Origin: Phyllobates terribilis
Taxonomy: Eukaryota
NCBI RefSeq assembly: GCF_046119375.1
Contig: NW_027362764.1
Location: 64,666,001 to 64,730,000, forward strand
Direction of reading: 5' to 3'
DNA length: 64,000 nt
A program made the translations under genes and the position numbers. Shown in pieces: positions 59,651-64,000 of the stretch. Numbering within the stretch: the first letter of the stretch is position 1; the number at the start of each line of letters is the position of its first letter. The notes beneath the pieces were generated by a model. That model saw only the letters and a program-made list of their open reading frames with translations. It was not told the origin of the DNA and ran no database searches.

Positions 59651-60289
59651 CTTATAGTGACTTTTTAAAAAGTAGCAATTGATAACTCTGTCTAAAAACA
59701 TCTGGAAAGCTAAAACACACCCATGTTGTAATTGGAGTAAAATCCATAAGGACTGAACCCTTTTTTGTGTGATTTTGATATGTTTTAGCTTTTTGCGATC
59801 TTTTTATCAAAACACAGGTGCTCTCATTATAATATTTAGGTTTTTTTTCAGGCGTATTTCTATAGATTTCTCTATAGATGAAATACATGTCAAAAGTGTG
59901 TGATCAATTGCAGATAGATAGGTATGAGGTGATCCGATAGATAATAGATCATAGGCATACATAGGTGGGGCAGCTGGGGAGCAGTTGTGCTGCCTAATGC
60001 GGCGGTCTAAGGTTTCTCCCCCGGCGGCAGCATTCTGCCGCCCCCCGGACTGGGATTCAGCTATTCTCTGAGCTGGCTGTCAAGCTGACAGCCAGCTAAG
60101 AGAAGCTGCAGCGCACCGGCTCCCAGTGATCAATTGTACTCGCGTCTTTCAGCGTGATCAGGTCATGTGATCACGCTGCTGATGTCACTTGTCGGCGACC
60201 AGAAGCGCAAGCGGTTGTAAGTACTCTGCGCTCCAGAGCTGAAGACACCGAAGATATATTGTAATGGAGGCGAGATTTAGTGGAGGGGG

Positions 60290-60720
60290 ATTTAATGTAT
60301 GGCTGGGGGGAGATTTATTGTATGCGTGGGGGTGATTTATTATATAGCTAGGGGAATATTTAGTGTGAAGGGAGATTTATTTTGTTTGGGGGGAGATTTA
60401 GTGTTGGGATTTATTGTATGGCTGGGGAACATTTAGTGTGGGGCAGATATATTGTATGTGTGGTGGGAGATGTATTGTATGGCTGAGGGGAGATTTTGTT
60501 TTGGGGGAATGAGGGCGGATACAGCACGGTGAGTGGGGCACATGCACCGGACACAGTATGGGGAGGATGGATGCGTACGCAATATGGGAAGTGATGGAGG
60601 GGAATGTATGCAGACACAGTATGGTGAGTAGGGGAATGTGTGCAGACACAGTATGGGGAGCGAGTGTGATGTGTGCATACATACAAAGTACAGGGAATTG
60701 TGGGGGATGTGTGAGGGGGT
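60290..60720. repeat. Degenerate G-rich minisatellite (gggggagatttattgtatg / cagacacagtatgggg)
   Basis: Direct reading. Confidence 0.7.
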
Positions 60721-61550
60721 AAATATATTAGGAGACAATCTGGTTAGCAGGGGAGATGTGAGAGAAGACGGTATGAGGAAGGAGTGAGAAATATGTGAGA
60801 ACTATTGAGGGAAGTAGTGTGAGGAGACAGTATAGGTGAGAAAAGTGTTCATAGAGTGACTGCAGATTTTAATCTCAAACCTGGACATTAATTGGATGTG
60901 ATATGCTAATGACACTCGGCTCCTGCTCTACTGCAAGCGGGAGCAGAGTGTCAGTGCTCTGTGCTCCGATCCTCTCGCATGAGAGGATCACAGCACAGCT
61001 GCGGAGGAAATGGAGAAATTAATTTCTCCATCTCCTCTGTTGCTGGCGTCTGCGGGAATCGCACTGCACTCGGGTGATATCCAAGTGCGGTGCGATGTTT
61101 CACACACCCATAGACTTATGGGTGCGTGCAGTCCGAATTCAGCATACAATGGCAGCATGCTGTGATTTTTTTTTTCAGTCCGATTGGAGCTGAAAAACAT
61201 GCCATTGAGAACACACTCAGATTAACACTGGATTTTTTTATCGGATTGCATTTGTTCAATTTAATCGCGAGAGAGCGAGCACTTACGGTCACGTGACAAC
61301 GAGCTTCTCTTCCTGCTTATCTCTGTTTTTCACTGAACATTGAGAGAATTAGGGAGAGCAGCTCGTCGGCACGTGACTAAGTGCACAAATTGCATATGTG
61401 CTGGAGGGTAGGGGGCGACGCCAAACTTAATACTTGCCCCAAGTGCCAGAAAATACTTAGATACACCTCTGAGATAGATCAATAGATAGATAGATAATTG
61501 AAAAACTGGTGCAGCACTAGGAACAGCAGACAGCAGCAGGGGCAAAGCCA

Positions 61551-62786
61551 CCCAGCATCTCAATTGGATTAAGGTCAGGACTTTGACTAGGCCACTCCAA
61601 AGTCTTAATTTTGTTTTTCTTAAGCCATTCAGAGGTGGACTTACTGGCGTGTTTTGGATCATTCTCCTGCTGCATAACCCAAGTGCGCTTCAGCTTGATG
61701 TCACAAACAGATGGCCGGACATTCTCCTTCAGGAATTTTGGTAGACAGCAGAATTCATGGTTCCATTTACCACAGCAAGTATTCCAGGTCCTGAAGCAGT
61801 AAAGCAGCCCCAGACCATCACAATACCACCACCATATTTTACTGTTGGTATGATGTTCCTTTTCTGTAATGCTGTGTTACTTCTACGCCAGATGTAATGG
61901 CACATAAACCTTCCAAAAAGTTAAACTTTTGTCTCGGCAGTCCACATAGTATTCTCCCAAAAGTCTTGGCGATCATCAAGATGTTTTCGGGCAAAACTGA
62001 GACCATCATTTGTAATTTTTGCTCAGCAGTGGTTTTCGTCTTGGAACTGCCATGCATGCCATTTTTTACCCAGTCTCTTCCTTATGGTGGAGTCATGAAC
62101 ACTGACCTTAACTAAGGCAAGTGAGGCCTGCAGTTGTTTGGACGTTGTTGTGGGGTCTTTTGTGCCCTCTTGAATGAATCGTTGCTGCGCTCTTGGGGTA
62201 ATTTTGGTCGGCCGGCCACTCCGGGGAAGGTTCACCACTGTTCCATGTTTTTGCCATTTGTGGATAATGGCTCTCAGTGTGATTTGCTGGAGTCCCCCAA
62301 AGCTTTAGAAATGGCTTTATAACCTTCTCCAGACTGATAGATCTCAATTACTTTGTTTCTCATTTCTTCCTGAATTTCTTTGGATTGCATGATGATATCT
62401 AGCTTTTGAGGATCTTTTGGTCTACTTCATTTTGCTAGGCAGGTCCTATTTCAGTGATTTATTGATTGAGAACAGGTGTGGCAGTAATCAGACCTGTATG
62501 TGGCTAGGGAAATTGAACTCAGCTTCCCAAAGATGTAATAAATCACAGGTAATGTATGTTTTAGGGGGGGGGGGGGGGCAATCACTTTTTCACACAGGGC
62601 CCTGTAGGTTTGGATTTCTTTTTCCCTTAATATTAAAGACCTTCATTTAAAAACTGCATTTTGTGGTTACTTGTGTTATCTTTGTCTAATATTTAAATTT
62701 GTTTTGTGATCCTGAAACATTTAAGTGTGACAAACATAAAAAGAATAAGAAATCAGGAAGGGGGCAAACACTTTTTCACACCACTG
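61551..62786 (-). mobile_element. Tc1 family element, 5' part, frameshifted transposase
   Basis: MVNLPRSGRPTKITPRAQ... fragments; TIR ...ggggcaaacactttttcacaccactg-TA with an internal direct repeat. Confidence 0.88.
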
Positions 62787-62801
62787 TAGATAGATACAAT
62801 A

Positions 62802-63050
62802 CAGGTGCATCTCACTAAATTGAAATATCATCAAAAAGTAAATTTATTTCAGTTCTTCAATACAAAAAGTGAAACTTATATATTATTTAGAGTCATTACA
62901 AACAGTGATCTATTTCAAGTGTATATTTCTGTTAATGTTGATGATTATGGCTTACAGCCAATGAAAACACAAAAGTCATTATCTCAGTAAATTAGAATAC
63001 TTTATAACAAAAGCTTGAAAAATTATTTTAAAATCCGCAATGTTGACCTC
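62802..63050. mobile_element. Tc1 terminal fragment
   Basis: TA-caggtgcatctcactaaattgaaatatc terminus. Confidence 0.6.
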
Positions 63051-63234
63051 ATTGTTTTATGTTTTTGATAAGTTTGAGCTTTTTGCCATTTTTTTTTTTT
63101 ATCAGTACACAGGCGACTCTCATTATAATATTTTGGGGGTTTTCTGAAGCGTATTTATATCGATTTCTCTATAGAAGAAATACATGTCAAAAGTGTGTGA
63201 GTAATTGCAGTTCAATAGGTATGAGACAATCAGA

Positions 63235-63387
63235 CAGATAGAGGGATAGATATGGGATAGATAGCTAGATAGATGTAATAGAGGATAGCTAGATAGATGT
63301 AATAGAGGAGAGATAGATGGATAGATAGATGTAATAGAGGATAGCTAGATAGATGTAATGAACGATAGATAGATGGATAGATAGATA
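63235..63387. repeat. GATA-rich repeat with 24-bp units (gatagctagatagatgtaatagag)
   Basis: Direct reading. Confidence 0.85.
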
Positions 63388-64000
63388 TCCACACAGCCTG
63401 TTTTTCTTTTTCTTCGTGTAGAAATCTGAGTGAGATCTAGGGATAGTCAATACTTTGAATAGATTGTACTGATGATTTTCTTATACTTCTTGGAGCTTAC
63501 AATATTCCCTCTAATGGATAATGAGCAGGTTTATGAGCCTAAACCTACAGGTGTAATGGTCCCTTTAAACTATACTGGTCTATGCAGGTGCAGCAGGATC
63601 ATGTGTGACATTTCAGCTGCAATAACCAAGACTACATTTCCCAGTGTGCAGTGAGGTCCTTGGAAGGAGGCAGGCTCTGGCATTGATGAGTCTAAGGATG
63701 TGGCTGTGCATGTGGATGAGGAGACCTGGGAGGTGCTTGAGTCCTCTCATCCACATCTAACCACCCAATGCAGTAAAAGCACAAGAACACTAATGGAAAC
63801 CAGGAGGACACAATGCAGCAGCAGCATCATCATCATCATCAGCAGCAGCAGTGGAGAGTGTGAGAGGCAGGGAGACCCCAGGAGCACAAGCCCCTCACAA
63901 TGAGGACATCTCTCTGATCGTGGTGACCCTCACATGCTTCTTGGATTGTGCCAGCCATGCAGAGCTTAGAGTGCTGGCTATGCTGCCTGATTGGAGCCCT

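Noticed and set aside
63794-64000. Stop-free frame to the window edge with a poly-Ala/Ser tract from CAG/CAT repeats
   Set aside because: It begins right after a TAA with no start codon or clear acceptor and has no recognisable homology. It cannot be judged without the next window.

Overview
This is eukaryotic, intron-rich DNA, most likely from an anuran (frog). That call is an inference from the Xenopus-like protein sequences and the repeat families. The window has three assembly gaps. It holds two genes in the head-to-head arrangement known from the human 7q21 locus. SLC25A40 (mitochondrial glutathione carrier) lies on the minus strand: nine coding exons were reconstructed between 18754 and 3548, the ninth runs into an N gap, and the last coding exon was not found in the window. 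DBF4 (CDC7 kinase activator) lies on the plus strand: 12 coding exons from 28258 to 40923 give an intact frame of 633 aa with motifs N, M and C. A GC-rich bidirectional promoter lies near 26.0-26.25 kb. Most of the rest is transposon-derived: several Tc1/mariner copies, a DIRS element nested in a Tc1, piggyBac-like, hAT, Harbinger and T2 non-autonomous elements, a CR1 LINE, a V-SINE, a probable solo LTR, and minisatellites. Almost all other ORFs in the track are repeat artefacts. I found no CRISPR array, rRNA or true tRNA gene, and no clearly new multi-gene system. The best leads are: (1) a 1.2-kb DBF4-intronic insertion with ~290-bp inverted arms and a 14-bp target-site duplication; (2) an alternating palindrome (foldback) array in an SLC25A40 intron; (3) a four-cysteine, SLC25A39-like Fe-S loop in SLC25A40; (4) a DIRS integration with TTTCTC at both junctions; (5) a micro-inversion that removes a transposase start codon; (6) a hammerhead-like motif; and (7) a predicted DBF4 start exon with a uORF. 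Coordinates were counted by hand. Exon boundaries were checked for GT-AG and reading phase. Repeat boundaries may be off by some bases, and comparisons with human proteins are from memory.
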